Origin: Scenedesmus sp. PABB004
Taxonomy: Eukaryota
Direction of reading: 5' to 3'
Assembly (NCBI GenBank): GCA_014905635.1
Contig: CM026547.1
Location: forward strand, 1,364,001 to 1,428,000
DNA: 64,000 bases
In this document: piece by piece, positions 11,434-25,000 of the stretch
Layout: each line of letters opens with the position of its first letter
Position numbering within the stretch: position 1 is the stretch's first letter
Notes under the pieces: model-generated
The model's database searches: none
Told to the model about the DNA's origin: nothing
Seen by the model: only the letters and a program-made list of their open reading frames with translations
Program-made: the position numbers and the translations under genes

Positions 11434-13183
11434 ATGGGCATGGCGGCCCCACGCGCGGGCGAGCCCGCGGCGGCCGCGCAGGCTGCGCTGCAGCCGGCGG
11501 CGCCGGCGCTGCCCGCCGCCAAGGGTGCGCTGGCCGCTGCTCGCGGCGCCCGCAGTGCCCGCGAGCCTGGGAGGGCTCCATGAGCGGGTGGCGGGCGCGC
11601 CGGCGGCAGCCCCGGCAGCCCGCGCAGCGCCTCGACGGCCGCCGCTGCTGCCGCCACCCGCAGACGTGCTCGCGCTAGCGGCGGCGGCGCTGAAGGACGG
11701 GCGCAGCACGGTCTTCTTCGACGATCAGGGTGCGTGCGCAGGGCATGCGGGCGCGCGGCCCGGTCGACAAAGCACACCCGGCGCTGCTGCGCCGCCGTGG
11801 TCGGCCGACGCCCTCCTGTGCGGCCCGCAGATGCTCCTGACGCGCCTGCCGCCCACGGGCCGGCGAGCGGCGGGGGTGACGCGGCGGGCGCGGCGGCAGG
11901 CGGCGCGCCGGCGCCCAACGCGCTCGCTGGCCTCCTGGCGTACAGCGACGACGAGGGCTCCGCCGACGGCGCCGACGACAGCCCGCGCGGTGGTGCCGCC
12001 GGCGACGGCGCGCCCGCCGCTGCGGCGCCGCCACGCGACAAGCTGGACGCCGAGGTGCGCGACAGCAAATGAAGGGGGGGGGGTGCGGGGCGCGGCGCGG
12101 GGCGCCGCTGACCGCACCGCTGAAGCTGTCGCCCGCCTGCGCCCCACACCCCTCCTCCCGGTGCTGCTGCCGCGCGCAGCTGGCTACCTTCATGGCGGAG
12201 CTGGAGACCAGCGGCCTGCTGGCGGACGGCGAGCCGGCGGAGGGCGGCGACGGGGGCGCGGCGGGCGCTGTCGACGCGCCGGCGCCGGACGGAGGCGACG
12301 GCGGCGGCGCGGCGGGCGCCGCCGCCGGCGGGCCGGCGGAGCAGCGCACGCTGGGCCGGCTGGCGGGCGCGCCGGACTGGTTCAAGGTGCTGGACACCGG
12401 CAGCGGCAAGGCCTACTTCTGGCACACCACGACCAACGAGGTGCTCTGGCAGCCGCCGGCGGGCGTTGACGGCGACGCGTTGGCCAGCGACGGCGGCGCG
12501 GCTGGCCAGGCGGAGCCGGCAGCCGCCGCGGGCGCCGCGGAGCCGCCCGCCGGCGCGGGCGGCGGCGCCGCGCAGCCGGGCGACGCGGCAGCTGCTGCTG
12601 GCGCCGCGGGCGCCGCTGCCACGCCGCCGGCGCAGCTCGCTGGCGGCGGGGGCGCGCTGGGCGAACTGGGCGCCGCGGCCGCACCGGAACAGGACGTGGA
12701 CGGTGTGTTCGACGCGCTTCTGGGGGAGCTGCAGATGCCGCCGGCCGCGCAGCAGGCGCTGCGCGCGGTGCCCGAGGCGGTGCGGCTGACGCTGCAGCTG
12801 CAGGCGCTGCACGCGCAGTGGCGCGCGCTCTCGGCGGCGCAGCAGCAGGCCGCGGCTGCCGCCGCCGCGGAGCAGCAGCAGCCGGGGGCGCGCGGCTTGA
12901 GCTGGGGCAGCTACCAGCAGCACGTGATGCAGCAGCTGCAGCTCGCCGTGGAGCGCGTGCAGCCCGCGCTCCAGGAGCTGCAGGGGCGCGCCGCGGCTGG
13001 CGACGACCAGCAGCAGGGGCAGCAGCAGCAGGGGCCAGGCAGCGCCGGCGCCGCAGCGGCGGCGGCCCCAGCGCAGGCCGAGGCCGAGGAAGGGGAGCTG
13101 GCCGCGTCCGGCAGCAGCGAGTCAGACATGGAGCTTGAGGGCGAGGCGGCGGCCGCGGCGGGCGCGGCAGGCACGGGGGGTGT

Positions 13184-13222
<39 letters not shown>

Positions 13223-13513
13223 GCAGCGCTACGCCAGCACGGCGAGCCTGCCGCAGTGGGCGCAGCCGGCGCACCACTACGACTTTGCCGCCGCCGCCGC
13301 CGCCGCCGCCGCGGCCGCGGCCGCGCCGCACGCGGGCGGCTACGCCGGCTACGGCGGCGGCTACGCCGGCGACCCGCACGCCGCGTACGCTGCCGCGTAC
13401 GCCTTTGGCGCCTTCGCGCCGCCGGGCTACGGCGCTGTGCCGTTTGCAGCGGGCAGCGGCGGCGACGCGCCGCCGCCGCTACCCGACGAGCCGCCGCCGC
13501 CGCTGCCGGACGA

Positions 13514-13548
<35 letters not shown>

Positions 13549-14679
13549 ACGAGGCGCCGCCGCCAGCCGCCGCCGCGCCGGGGCGCGTGCAGCAGCACGC
13601 GCCGGCGGCTTTGCCCGGGCCCGGCGGCGGCGCCGCGCCGCCGCCGGCCGCAGACGCGGCGGCGGGCGGCGCGGGCGGCGGCGAGGCGCGCAAGCGCCCG
13701 CGCGACAGGGAGGGCCGGGCCGCAGCCGGGCCGGGCAAGGCCGCCAAGGGCGCGCCGGTCAAGGGCAAGGTCTCGGCGCTGCTGAGCAAGTGGGCCAGCG
13801 TGCGGCAGCAGCAGGAGGAGGAGGAGGCGGAGCGGCAGCGCCGCGCCGACGCGGCGGCCGACCCCGCGGCGCAGGAGGCGCGCCGCGCCGCGCAGCTGGA
13901 GGCGTGGCGCCAGGCGCAGGTCGCCAGCGGCGCGGCCGGCGACAACGCCAACTTCACGCCCGTGGCGGGCGACTGGCGCGCGCGCCTGGGGCTGCCCGAC
14001 GACGCCGGCGACGCGGCCGCGGCCGCGGCGGCCAAGGCGGCCCGCAAGGCGGCGCGCCGGACGGCCAAGGCGGCCAAGGCCGCGGCGGCGGCGGCGGCGG
14101 CGGCAGCGGCGGCCGAGCAGCCCGCGGCGGCGCCGGCGTGGCCGACCAACTCCCCGACGCTGCCCGACCTCGCCGCGCTGAGCGTGGGCCTGCCGCCGGG
14201 GTGGTCGGCCATGTGGGACAAGGAGTCGGGCGACATCTACTACGGCAACGTCGCCACCAAGGTGCGCGGCCAGGCGCACGCGCAGCGCGGCGGCGGCGGC
14301 GGCGGCGGCGGCCCTGGCAGGCCCCGCGCCGCGCCGCGCCGGGGGACCGGGCAGGGCTCGCGCGCCGGGCGGGCGGCGGGGCGGGGGCGCAGCGCCCCCG
14401 GCTGCAGGGAGCAGGCGCCGCCGCAGCGTGTGCGCCGGGCGACGCGGGCCCGCAGGTAGGTGCGCAGGTGAGCGGGGCGTCGTCGGGGCGGGCCCGGCGC
14501 GGGCGGCCGCCCACACCGCCCCGTGCGGCGACGGCCACGCCGCCGCCGTTCTTCCGGGGCGGTGCCCGCCGCGTGCGGCCGTCTCCCGCCCGGTGCGGCG
14601 CGCGCGGCTGACGGCGCTCCCGCGTGCCCGACCGCCGCGCGCGCCGGCGCCGCAGGAGACGTCGTGGACGCGCCCCTGA
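11434..14679 (+). CDS. WW-domain protein, FNBP4 (formin-binding protein 4)-like
   Basis: Motifs LAGLLAYSDDE and LDAE-LATFMAELE. WW1 PDWFKVLDTGSGKAYFWHTTTNEVLWQPP, a Pro-rich region and KVSALLSKWASVR. WW2 GLPPGWSAMWDKESGDIYYGNVATK|ETSWTRP* is split by an intron. The 5' exons are uncertain. Confidence 0.7.
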
Positions 14680-15617
14680 TGCGCGCCGCCGGGCGTGGTA
14701 ACTGGGCAGCGCCGTTCCTTGCGTTGCTTCGCGCCAGGGGCGCGGATTCCACATCCTCCAAAGGATGCGCGGCGGCGCGCCGCAAAACAACCGCTGCGGT
14801 CCGCGCCGCACGCCGCCGCAGCCCCGCCCGCCCCCGGCGCGCTTCAGTTCCGTCGCCTCCCCGCCGTCCCGCGATCGTGTGCGGCGCTCAATTGCCGGCG
14901 CGCGCGACGAGGGCTATTTCGGTCTCGCGCCTTGCCCGCGCGACGCCTCGCGCGACCGGGCCGAGCCCGCGGCCTGCCGACGCGTGCGCAAGAGGTGCGG
15001 GTCGACCGGGGGCGGCCCCGGCGCGAGCTGCGGGGCGGCTGCGGGGCCAGCAGTGTTGCGCGCCAGCCCGGGGCGTTCGCGCGCGGCCCGGCAGCGGCTC
15101 CATTGCTCGCCAGGCGTCGGCGCGGCGATGCCGGATCGGTTCGGGGGCAGCAGCGCATCGCAGGCGCTCCCGGGCGCCTGCGCCCGCGGCCCGCGCGCGC
15201 GCCCCGCTCTCGCGGAGCCCCCGGCGCCGCGCGCCACGATCCCGGCGCGGGGGCGCGCCGGGATCGCTCCTGCGCCGCCCCGTGCGCCGTGGCGTGGAGC
15301 AGCGGAGCAGCGGGCGAGAGGGGCTCGCCTCGGCCTCTGCCTCTGCGCCCGCGCAGCGCCGGCATCCGAGGCCCGCCACGCCCGCCCGTCCCGCCCCGCC
15401 GCCGCCCCGCAGACGACCAGCCGCGCAGCGGCGCCATGCACGCCGCCGCCCGCCCGCACGAGCCCAGCGCGACCGCCTGCCGCCGCGCACGCCGGCGCGC
15501 CGGGCCGACGTGAAGCACCGCCGGCGCCCCCTGCCGCGCGCGCGGCCGGTTCCACATAGAGGCCGCGCAGAGAGGCCGCCACCCCTAGCAGCTGCGCACC
15601 CCTAGCAGCGCGTCGCG

Positions 15618-18600
15618 ATGCAGCTGGGCGCCGACGGCGGCGCCGCCGGCCACGGGCCTGGCGCGCACGCCGAGGCCGAGCTCAGCGTGCTCTGGCCGAG
15701 CAACAGCGCGGACGACGTCATCAGGTGCGTCGGCGCGCGCGCGCGCCGCGCCGCGCGGCGGGGCGGCCGGCTCACGCGCGCCGCGCCGCGCCGCGCCCCG
15801 CCCGCTGCCAGGCGCCACCTCGCGGTGCTGCTGCTGGAGGACCCCGACCACCGCCTGCGTGTGGCGCACCTGGAGCCGCTGCTGCAGCTGCGCTGCGGCC
15901 AGGCCGCGCCCGTCAGCTCGGGGCGGCTGCAGGCGCTGCTGACCGACCCCGCCACGTCGCGCGTGATCGCGGTCGACTTTTCAAACCCCCGCGCCGCCGA
16001 CTGGCGCAGCCGCGTCGTCTTCCTGGACCTGCCCGCGCTCGCAAAGGAGCTCGCGGGCGCGCGGCAGCACCACGCCGCCGCCGCGCACGCCGCGGACCAG
16101 CTCTCGGCGGCGCTCGAGCAGCACGCGCGCGCGCGCGACGGCGCGCTGGGCCAGGCGCCGCTCGCGCTGGAGGGCATCTTTGGCGCCAGCCCCGCCGGCT
16201 TCAGCGCCGGCGGCGCCGCGCCGCAGCAGGCCAGCAGCTTTGGCGGCGGCGGCGCCGCGGGCGCGCCCGGCCCGGGCGCCGACCAGCGCGTGTCGCTGTT
16301 TGGCAGCTCGTTCGAGGTGCCCCACGCCATCGCCAGCTGCTGGGCGGCGCAGCCCGGCAGCAGCTGCGGCAGCGGCGGCGGCTCGCTGCCCGGGCGCGCC
16401 GGCGGCGCGGGCGCCGGCGCCGCGCCCGTGCTGGCGGGCAAGGCGCCGCCCACGCAGCTCGACCACCTCGCGGCGGCCGACGGCTGCGGCGGCAGCTCCA
16501 CCGCGAGCGGCAGCAGCTCGCGCAGCGTGAGCGGCACCGCGCGCGCCGCGGCGGCGAGCGCCAGCCGGCTGCGCAAGGCCAGCGGCGCCGCGGGCGACGG
16601 CGGCGCGGGCGGCGACGCCGACGGCGGCGCCGGCGCCGGCGGGCTGGCCGCCGCGGGCAGCCCCGGCGCGCTGTCGGCGCTCGACGTCGCGACGCCCAAG
16701 TCGTGCGGCGCCGGCGGCGACGCGTCGGGCTCCCCGCTCCACAGCAGCGCGGGCGAGGACGAGGACTACAACGAGGCGCAGCTCGTGTTTGGCCTGCCCG
16801 GCGCGGCCGGCGGCGCGGCCGCGCCCGCGGGCGACGCGTCTGCCCGCGGCGGCGCCGCCGCCGCCGCGGGCGCCGACGGCGGCGCCGGGCCGGCGCCGCT
16901 GCAGGGCGTCGACTGGTCGCGCGTCGCGGCCGCGCACGGGGGCTTTGGCCAGGCCGGCGGCGGCCAGGGCGCGGCGCTGCTGTTTGGCCTGGACGACCTG
17001 CACGACGACGCGATGGGCTCCTCCGCGCCCGCGGCGGGCGGGGCATTCCGGCACCAGCACGCCGCCGCCGCGGCGGCGCAGCACCTGCAGCACCAGCACC
17101 AGCAGGCGGCCGCAGCGGCGTACGCCTCGATGGCCAGCAACGCGCTCGCCGCGCGCCGCCTCATGGACCAGGCGGCCGCCGGCGGCGGGCAGGGCCTCGA
17201 CCCCGGCGCGGCGCTGTTCAGCCCGCCCGGGCACCGCGGCGCGGCCGGCTCCGCGCCCGGCGGCGGTGGCGGGCTGCCGGAGCGCCTCTTCCTGCGCGGC
17301 GACGGCGCGGGGCTGCTCGGCGGCGCGCCGCCGCGCGCGGGCCCGCCCGGCTTTGGCGGCGGCGCCGCCGCGACCGCGGCGCAGCTGGCCGAGGCGGTGC
17401 TGCTGGAGGGCGAGCCCGGCGGGCACGGCGGCCTGCAGTTTGGCATGCACGGCAGCAGCTACGGCAGCGCGGCCGGCATGTCGGAGCGCAGCAGCAGCGG
17501 CTGCTGGGGCGCGAGCCCGGGGCACGGCAGCTTTGGCGGCCTGCTTGCGGCGCGCGGCGCCGCGGCCGGCGGGCGCGGCTCCGACGCCGCGGGCGACGTA
17601 GCGTACCGCAGCGACCAGGCCAAGGACGCGGCGGGCGGCAAGCCCGACGGCTTTGCGGCCGCGCCCGCGGGGCCCGACGGCGGCGCGGGCGACAAGGGCG
17701 GCGCCGACGCGCCGCGGCTCACGGGCTGGGCGTCCGTCGCGGCGCGCGACCCCAAGGCCCTCGCCGGCGCGCCGCAGGCGCCCGGGCCCGGCCAGGGCGC
17801 GTGGGGCAGCGTCGGCGGCGCGCCGGGGCGCGACGGCGCGGCGCCGGGCGAGGCGGGCAAGGCGCTCGCGCGCCTGCCGCCGCGCGTGCGCGCCGAGGTG
17901 CTGTTGCTGGTGGGCCAGTTTGACGGCGTGCTCAGGGTGCGCCTGCGCGCGTGCTTGCGCGCGCGCGCGCGGGGCGGGCGCGCTGCCGCTGCGCCCGGGC
18001 GGGCCCGCGCACGCGCGCGCCGCCGCCGCCGCCGCCGCCGCCCACTCCGCCGCCGCCGCGTCGTCCGTCCGCGCGCAGCCCGACGACTTTGACGAGGGCG
18101 TGGTGCACCAGCTCAACGCCAAGCGCAGCGAGGACGAGGCGGTCGCGGCGGTGCGGCACGTGGGGCACTACGACCTCGCCAACATCCAGCACATGGCCGC
18201 GTACCTCAACCACCTGGTCAAGCACTACAACCACGGCGCGGCCGCCGCGGCCGCCGCCGCTGCGGGCGGCGACGCCCTGCCGGGCGGCGCGCTCGGGGGC
18301 GCGCTAGGCGGCCGCGGCGGCCCCGGCGCCGCGCTCGGCGGCGGCGGGCTGCTGCCGGGCCAGGCGGGCGCGCCCGGCGCCGCGCTCGGCGGCGGCCGCA
18401 GCGGGCCGCCCGGCGGCCCCGGCGGGCCGCCGCCGCCCGGCGGCCCGGGCGGCGCGGCGAGCCTCGGCGCGTTTGGCGGGCAGATCCGGCTCGCGAGCGT
18501 GCCTGTGAGCACCAAGGCCATGCTGCAGAAGCTGCCGCTCAAGGTCTTCCGCCAGCTCGAGCAGCTCGTGGCGGGCTGCGACTTCCTCGAGTGGCGCCAC

Positions 18601-18927
18601 TTTGACGCGGGCGTCGTCAAGGTCCGCGCCGCGCCGCCGCGCCGCGCCGCGCCGCGCCGGCCGGGCGCCCTGCCGGCCGGGCGCCGCACGCTGCGGCCCG
18701 CGCGCGCCGGTGCGTGCCGCGTGCCGCGCGCCGACCCCGCCGCCGCGCCGCCGCAGGTGCTTGCGCAGCTGTCCAAGCTGTGCGAGGGCGACGTGTTTGA
18801 GGAGCTCGAGCTCCTCGCCGCGACCGACCTGAGCAACGTCGAGTACATGCCCGCATACCTCAACAAGCGGCTCAACAACAAGCTCTGGAGCCGGCGCAAG
18901 GCAGACGGCCAGGTCCCCGCCGCCTGA
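15618..18927 (+). CDS. Large Gly/Ala-rich protein with two C-terminal hnRNP-Q-acidic-domain-like helical domains
   Basis: Two homologous units: LPPRVRAEVLLL...PDDFDEGVVHQL...DLANIQHMAAYLNHLVKHY and LPLKVFRQLEQL...WRHFDAGVVK-VL...DLSNVEYMPAYLNKRL. GT-AG introns start near 15725, 17937 and 18622. Confidence 0.6.
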
Positions 18928-20216
18928 CGCCCGCGCGCGGGCGCCGGGCGGCGCGGGGGCGGGGCGCGGGGGCGGGGCGCGTTGGATTGGGCGTTGGGTT
19001 GGGCGCGGCGCGGGGTTGGGGCGGCGGGGCCCGGGCCGCGGCGCCCGCGCGGCCGCGTGGCGCGCGCGGCGCGCCCGGCTGTACGACTAGCACCGAGGCG
19101 CTCTCTCGCACGGCGCCCCTGCCTTGTGGGGCGCTGCTGTACCACCACCATCATCATCATCAACTCACGCATTAGCACTCGCGGCTGCTGAAGGGACGGG
19201 AGGGGGGAGGGGGGCACGCGCCCGGCCGCGCTGCCGCTGCTGCCGCTGCCCAGGAGGAGGCATCTACTACACGCACGCGGGCAGCGGCCCCGGGCGGACC
19301 TGGGCGGCGCCCCAGCGGGCGGCGGGCGGCGGCGGCGCGCTGCGCCGCGTGTACCACGAGCGAGCGCCTGCCATGCGCGGCGCCACGGGGCGGGGCGGGG
19401 TGATGCGCACCCGGCGAACATCGGACTGCTGCTGCTGAGAATGGCGGCCCGCGCGCCGCCGCGCAGCAGCGCCCCCGCGCGCGGGACACGCCATCACCAC
19501 CACTCCTGCGGGCCCCTCCATTTCCTGCCTTGCTGCTGCTGCACTGCTGCTCTCTTGGTGCGCGGACAGGCCGCGGCGGCGCGCGCGCGCGCCGCACGTC
19601 GATTGTGCGCGGCGCGCGCGCCGCGGCGCCCCCCGGCGGGCGCAGCCACCACCACCACCTTGGCGTGTGCGTGCGTTCAGTTTTGTTGGTTGGAGCGAGC
19701 GGATCGGCGCACTGGTGCGGACACGGGGCGGCTGCGGGCAGAGGACCGGCGGCGGGGCGCCTCGCGGGCGGGAGCTTGCGCTGCGACGGCGACCTGCAGG
19801 GCCCTGCGAGACGGCCACCAGGTCGGGGCTCGGGCGTGTGCGTGGCGCGCGTGTGTGTGTGCGTGTACCACCATCCTGCGTGCGTGCGTGGAGGGCCGTC
19901 CTCAGCCGGGGTGGCCCTCGTCATCATAACATCATGTCTGCGGCGTACGCCTGTACATGCTCTCTCGATGGGGGGGGGGGGGGGGGGGGGGGTGCCGGCG
20001 GCGGCGGCTGCGCCCAGCTTGAGCGCCGAGGCGCGGGCTGCTGCTGGCCGTCACGACTGACCAGCAGCGATGTGTGTGCGCGACGGGTGACGGGCGAATA
20101 AAGGCATCGACAGAACTTTAACTACGCTCGGCGACCTCCCCTCCCCCCGCGCGCGCCTGCCCCGTCCAAAACTGCGCGCGCCCCGCCCTGCCGCCGCCGC
20201 CCGTGTCCGCCGCCGG

Positions 20217-21433
20217 TCACGCCGCCGGCGCCTCGCCGCCGCCGCCGGCGGGCCCGGGCCCGGGCTGCGCCGCCGCGGCCGCGGCGGCGGCCATGTCGCG
20301 CTGCTCCGCGGCCGCGACGCGCGCAAAGGCCTCCGGCACCGTGGCCAGCTGGTAGTCAGCGAAGCGCCAGAGCTTGTCGCCCGCGCCGTCGCGCAGGAAG
20401 CGGCTCTTCTCTATCTGCACCTGCCGCGCCTTCTGGCCCTGCGCACGCAGCACGCGGCGCGCAGCGCGCAGCGTCGGCGCCGCCGCCGCGGCCCCTGCGC
20501 GCCCGCCCGGCCCGCCCGCACAAGCGCGGGCGCGCCCGCCCAGCCCGCGCCTGGTCGTCGAGCAGCGGCTTGACCAGGTCGTACACCGCATACTGCATGC
20601 GAGGCGACAGCGCCGGCGGCGGGGTCGGTCGGTCGGTCAGCGGGGCGGGGCGGCGAGCCGGCCGCGCCCCGCCTGCGCCCCGCGCCCGCGCCCTGCGCGC
20701 TGCGCCCCGCGCGCCCAGCGCCCTGCGCGCTGCGCCCCACGCGCCCTGCGCCCTGCGCGCTTCACCCCGTGCCCTGTGCGCCGCGCACTGCGCCCTGCGC
20801 CCTGCGCCCCGCGCGCCCAGCGCGCCGCGCCGCGTCACCTGGAAGAGCGCGAGCGCCTCGTCCGAGTCGTCCTCGTTGACCTCCACGTTGCGCACCTTGA
20901 GCGCGCTGTACTCATAGTTCTCTGCGCGCGGGGCCGGGCGCGGCGGGCAGGGTCGGGGCGGCGGCGCGCGGGGTCGCCGGGGCGGGGGCGCCGCAGGCCC
21001 CGCGCCGCCGCGCCGCGCGGCGCGGCGCGCGCTCACCGACGGTGTTGTGCAGGTCGTCGCTGAGGCGCTCGAGAGCGGCGCCCGGCTCGGTGCCGTACTG
21101 GAAGGCGTGGAAGGTGGGGTGCGTGGTCTTCAAGAGGTAGCTCACGTCTTTCTTGAGGATCGCGCTGAAGCGCGCGCGGATCGTGGCCTCCACGCTCGGC
21201 GCGGCGGCGCTGCCCGCGTGGAGCGGCTTGCAGCACTGCTTATAGGACTTGCCGCTGCCGCAGGGGCAGCCGTCGGCGGGGTTGGCCGCGCCGCCGGCCG
21301 CCGGCTTGGCCGCGCCGAAGCCTTTGCCGCCCTTGCCGGCGCCCTTGCCCGCCGCGGCGGCGGCCACGCGGCGCGCCGGCGCCAGCGGCGCCGCCCTGGC
21401 GCAGCACGAGCTGCGATGCTGCAGGCCCTGCAT
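20217..21433 (-). CDS. YchJ/UPF0225 SEC-C motif protein, probably plastid-targeted
   Basis: Transit-like N-terminus with KGFG. SEC-C motif CPCGSGKSYKQCCKPLH, then TIRARFSA...YLLKTTHP and EKSRFLR...WRFADY. Three introns, the last GC-AG. Confidence 0.85.
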
Positions 21434-22052
21434 CGGGCCGGGCCCGCCTGCCTCCCGAGGCCGCGCCGGCAGCGGCGGCTGGCAGCGGCGGCGGCGCCGG
21501 GCGCGGCGGGCGCGCTGGATGCTCGCGGGCTGCTCGGGAGGTCGGCCGAGTGGCGGTGGTGGAGCTGCCGGGGGGCCGCGACTGGCGGACGGCGCGTGCG
21601 CGCGCCAGGCGGGGTCGACTCGCGGCAGTCGAAGAGCTCGGGGCGCCCAGGGCCCTGCGCCCTGCGCCCTGTGCGCTGCACGCGACGCACAGAGCGCTCG
21701 ACCGCGGCAAGCCGCGAGCCCGCCAGCGGCCGCTGCTGCTGCTGCTCTGCTGCTGCGGCCGGGCGCCCGCGGCGAGGTCACCGGGCTGATCGCGCACGCA
21801 GGGACAGACGCGACGCCTCACGGCGGCGGGCAGCCCCGCACCGGCGCCCCACGCGCGCGCGGCCGGCCATCAGCGCGACGCCCCGCCCGCCACGGCCGGC
21901 GCGGCGCGCGCCAGGCCCGGCTGAGGGCCCCAGCCCGTGAACCGCCCGCCCCGGCGCCCTAGGCCGCGCGGCGCGCCGCGGCTGCGTGCCAGCGGGGCCG
22001 CGGCGGGGCGCGGCGGCGGCGGCGGCGCGCGGTCGCGGGCCGCGCGGGCAGC

Positions 22053-25000
22053 ATGGAGGACTCGCACTACGATGAGTTTGGCAACTACATAGGCCCCGCG
22101 CTGTCAGACAGCGATCAGGTGCGCCGTGGCGCCGGGAGCGGGCAGCGCCGGCAGCGCGCGGCCGGCGGCAGCAGCGGCGGCCGGAGGCTGCGCGCGCTCT
22201 GCAGCCCGCGGCGACGACGGCCGGCGCGGCGCCGCGCGGTGGCGGCGGCCGCAGCCGCACTGCAGCGCGCTCGGCGGCAGCAGCAGCGGCGGCCGCAGGC
22301 CGCGCCCGCTCACCCCACGCCCGCGCGCGCCGCAGGAGGAGGAGGAGCCCGAGGCGGCGGCGGGCCCCGGCCCGGGCGCGGGCGGCTACGATGACGACGA
22401 GGACATGGACGAGGCGGAGCGCGGCGGCGGCGACGCGTACGCGGCGGGCGACGACGACGACGAGGGTGCGCCGCAGCGGGCGGCGGCGCGCAGTGGCGGC
22501 ACGCAGGGGCAGCAGCGGGCGGCCGCCCACGCCGCCGCCACCGCCGCCCGTGCTGCTCCGCCGTTGCCGCGGGCGGCGCGCAGGCGAGCCGGGGACGTCG
22601 ATCGTGCTCGCCGAGGACAAAAAGTACTACCCGACCGCGGAGGAGACGTACGGCGCGGGCACGGAGGCGCTGGTGATGGAGGAGGACGCGCAGCCGCTGG
22701 AGGTGCCCATCATCGCCCCCGTGAGCGCCAAGAAGCACGAGCGCCTGCTCGACGCGCCGCTGCCCGCGCACGCGACGCCCGAGTTCATGGCCACGCTCTC
22801 GGGCAACCCGGAGCTCATCCGCAACGTCGCGGTGCGCGGCGCGCGCGCGGCGGCGGCGGCTGCGCGGGAGTGGCGGCGGCGCGCAGCGCGGGCGGCGGCG
22901 GCTCGCAGGAGGGCGGCGGCGGCGGCGGTGCGGGAGGCGCGGTGGCCGACGCGCCGCGCGGCGCCCGCGCCGCGCCGCGCGCAGATCGTGGGCGCGCTGC
23001 ACCACGGCAAGACGAGCCTGATGGACATGCTGGTCGAGCAGACGCACGACGTCGGCGCGCTCGGCGTGCGCCCGGGCGGCAAGCCGCTGCGCTTCACCGA
23101 CACGCGCCTCGACGAGCAGGCGCGCGGCATCAGCATCAAGGCCATGCCCATGAGCCTCGTGCTCGCGGGCGGCAGCGGCAAGAGCTACCTCGTCAACCTC
23201 ATCGACTGCCCCGGCCACGTCAACTTCAACGACGAGGTGTGTGACGCGCGACACGCGCACGCGACACGCGCACGCGACACGCGCACGCGCGCGGCCGCCG
23301 TCGCCTGCTGCTGAGCGCGCGCCGCGCGCGCGCCGCGCCGCAGGTCACGGCGGCGATGCGGCTGGCGGACGGCGTGCTGCTGGTGGTGGACGTGCTGGAG
23401 GGCGTGAGCATCGCGACGGAGCGCGCGATCCAGCAGGCCGTGGCCGAGGGCCTCGCCATCACGCTGCTCGTCAGCAAGGCGCGCACCTGCCGCCGCACCC
23501 GCCCGCGCGCCCGCGCGGCGCCGCCGCGCACCCGCACCCGCCGCGCCTGCCCTGTTAACCTCCCCCCCCCCCCCCCTGCACGCCCGCGCGGCCGCGCAGA
23601 TGGACCGGCTCATCACGGAGCTCAAGCTGCCGCCGGGCGACGCGTACCACAAGATCGCGTTCACGATCGAGGAGGTCAACGCGGTCATACGCGCCTCGGG
23701 CGGCGGCGGCGGCGACGCGAGCGCGCCCGCCGCCAACGGCGCGGCCGCCAACGGCGCGGCGCCGGCGCGGGCGTCGACGCCGCTGCTCGACCCGGTCGCG
23801 GGCAACGTCGCGTTTGCGAGCGCGGCGTATGGGTACAGCTTCACGCTGCGCAGCTTTGCCGCGCTCTACCGCGGCGTGTGCGGCGACGCGCCGGGCGACG
23901 TCCTCGTGGTCGACGAGTTTGCGGCGCGCCTCTGGGGCGACGTGTGGTACTACGCCGAGGAGCGCGTGTTCCGGCGCAAGCCGCCGCAGCTCGGTGCGGC
24001 GCCCGCTCGCGCGCGCCGCGCGCCGCACGCTGCGCGCGACGCGCCCGCCCGCCGCGCCCGCGCCCGCGCCCGCGCTCGCGCCCGCGCCCGCGCCCGCGCC
24101 CGCGCTCGCGCCCGCGCCCGCGCCCGAGCTCGCCCGCCGCTGTGCACCCACCACCTGCCCGCCTGCCCGCCTCCCGCCTCGCGCCTCCCCCGCCCGCCGC
24201 CCGCCGCCCGCGCTGCCTCCCCCCAGGCGCTGAGCGGTCGTTTGTGACGTTCATTCTGGAGCCGCTCTACAAGCTCACGAGCGCGGTCATCGGGGAGCAC
24301 CCCAAGACCATCGAGCGCCTGCTGGGCGAGGAGTTTGGCATCCACCTCAAGTCGAGCGCGTACGGGCAGGACGTGCGGCCGCTGCTCAAGGAGGTCTGCG
24401 CGCGCGTGTTTGGCCCCGCGAGCGGCCTCGTCGACATGCTCGTCGCGCACGTGCCCAGCGCCAAGGCCGCGACGCCGGGCAAGGTGGCGCGGCTCTACAC
24501 CGGGCCGCAGGCCGAGGGCAGCGGGCAGCTGCTTCAGTTCATGCACGCCTGCAGCCGCACGGGTGACCGCGCCGCGCGCGCGCGGGCGGGCGGGCCTGGC
24601 GCGCACGCGCGCGCGCAGGCGGCCCGCGTGCGTGCGCTGGCCGCGCTGCGCTGACGCCGCCGCCTAAACCCTCGCCGCCGCCGCGCGCCACCGCGCCAAC
24701 TGCGTCAGGCCCGCTCGTGCTGCACGTGGCCAAGCTGTTCCCCAAGAACGACGCGAGCGCGTTTGACGCGTACGGCCGCATCTTCAGCGGCACGCTGCGC
24801 CCCGGCGACGAGGTGCGCGTGCTGGGCGAGGGCTTCACGCCCGACGACGACGAGGACAGCGGCGACGCGGTTGTGAGCAACGTCTGGCTCTACCAGGCGC
24901 GCTACAGGTGAGCGGCAGGGGGAGAGGGGGAGGGAGAGAGACGACTGCCCGCGCGCAGCCGCGCGCCCGGGGGCGCTGGGAGCCGGGCCCGCGCCCGCCG

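Noticed and set aside
18930..20210. Additional gene between the hnRNP-Q-like and YchJ genes
   Set aside because: No coding-like composition or coherent splice pattern. It is consistent with convergent 3' UTRs containing G runs and CAT/TG repeats.
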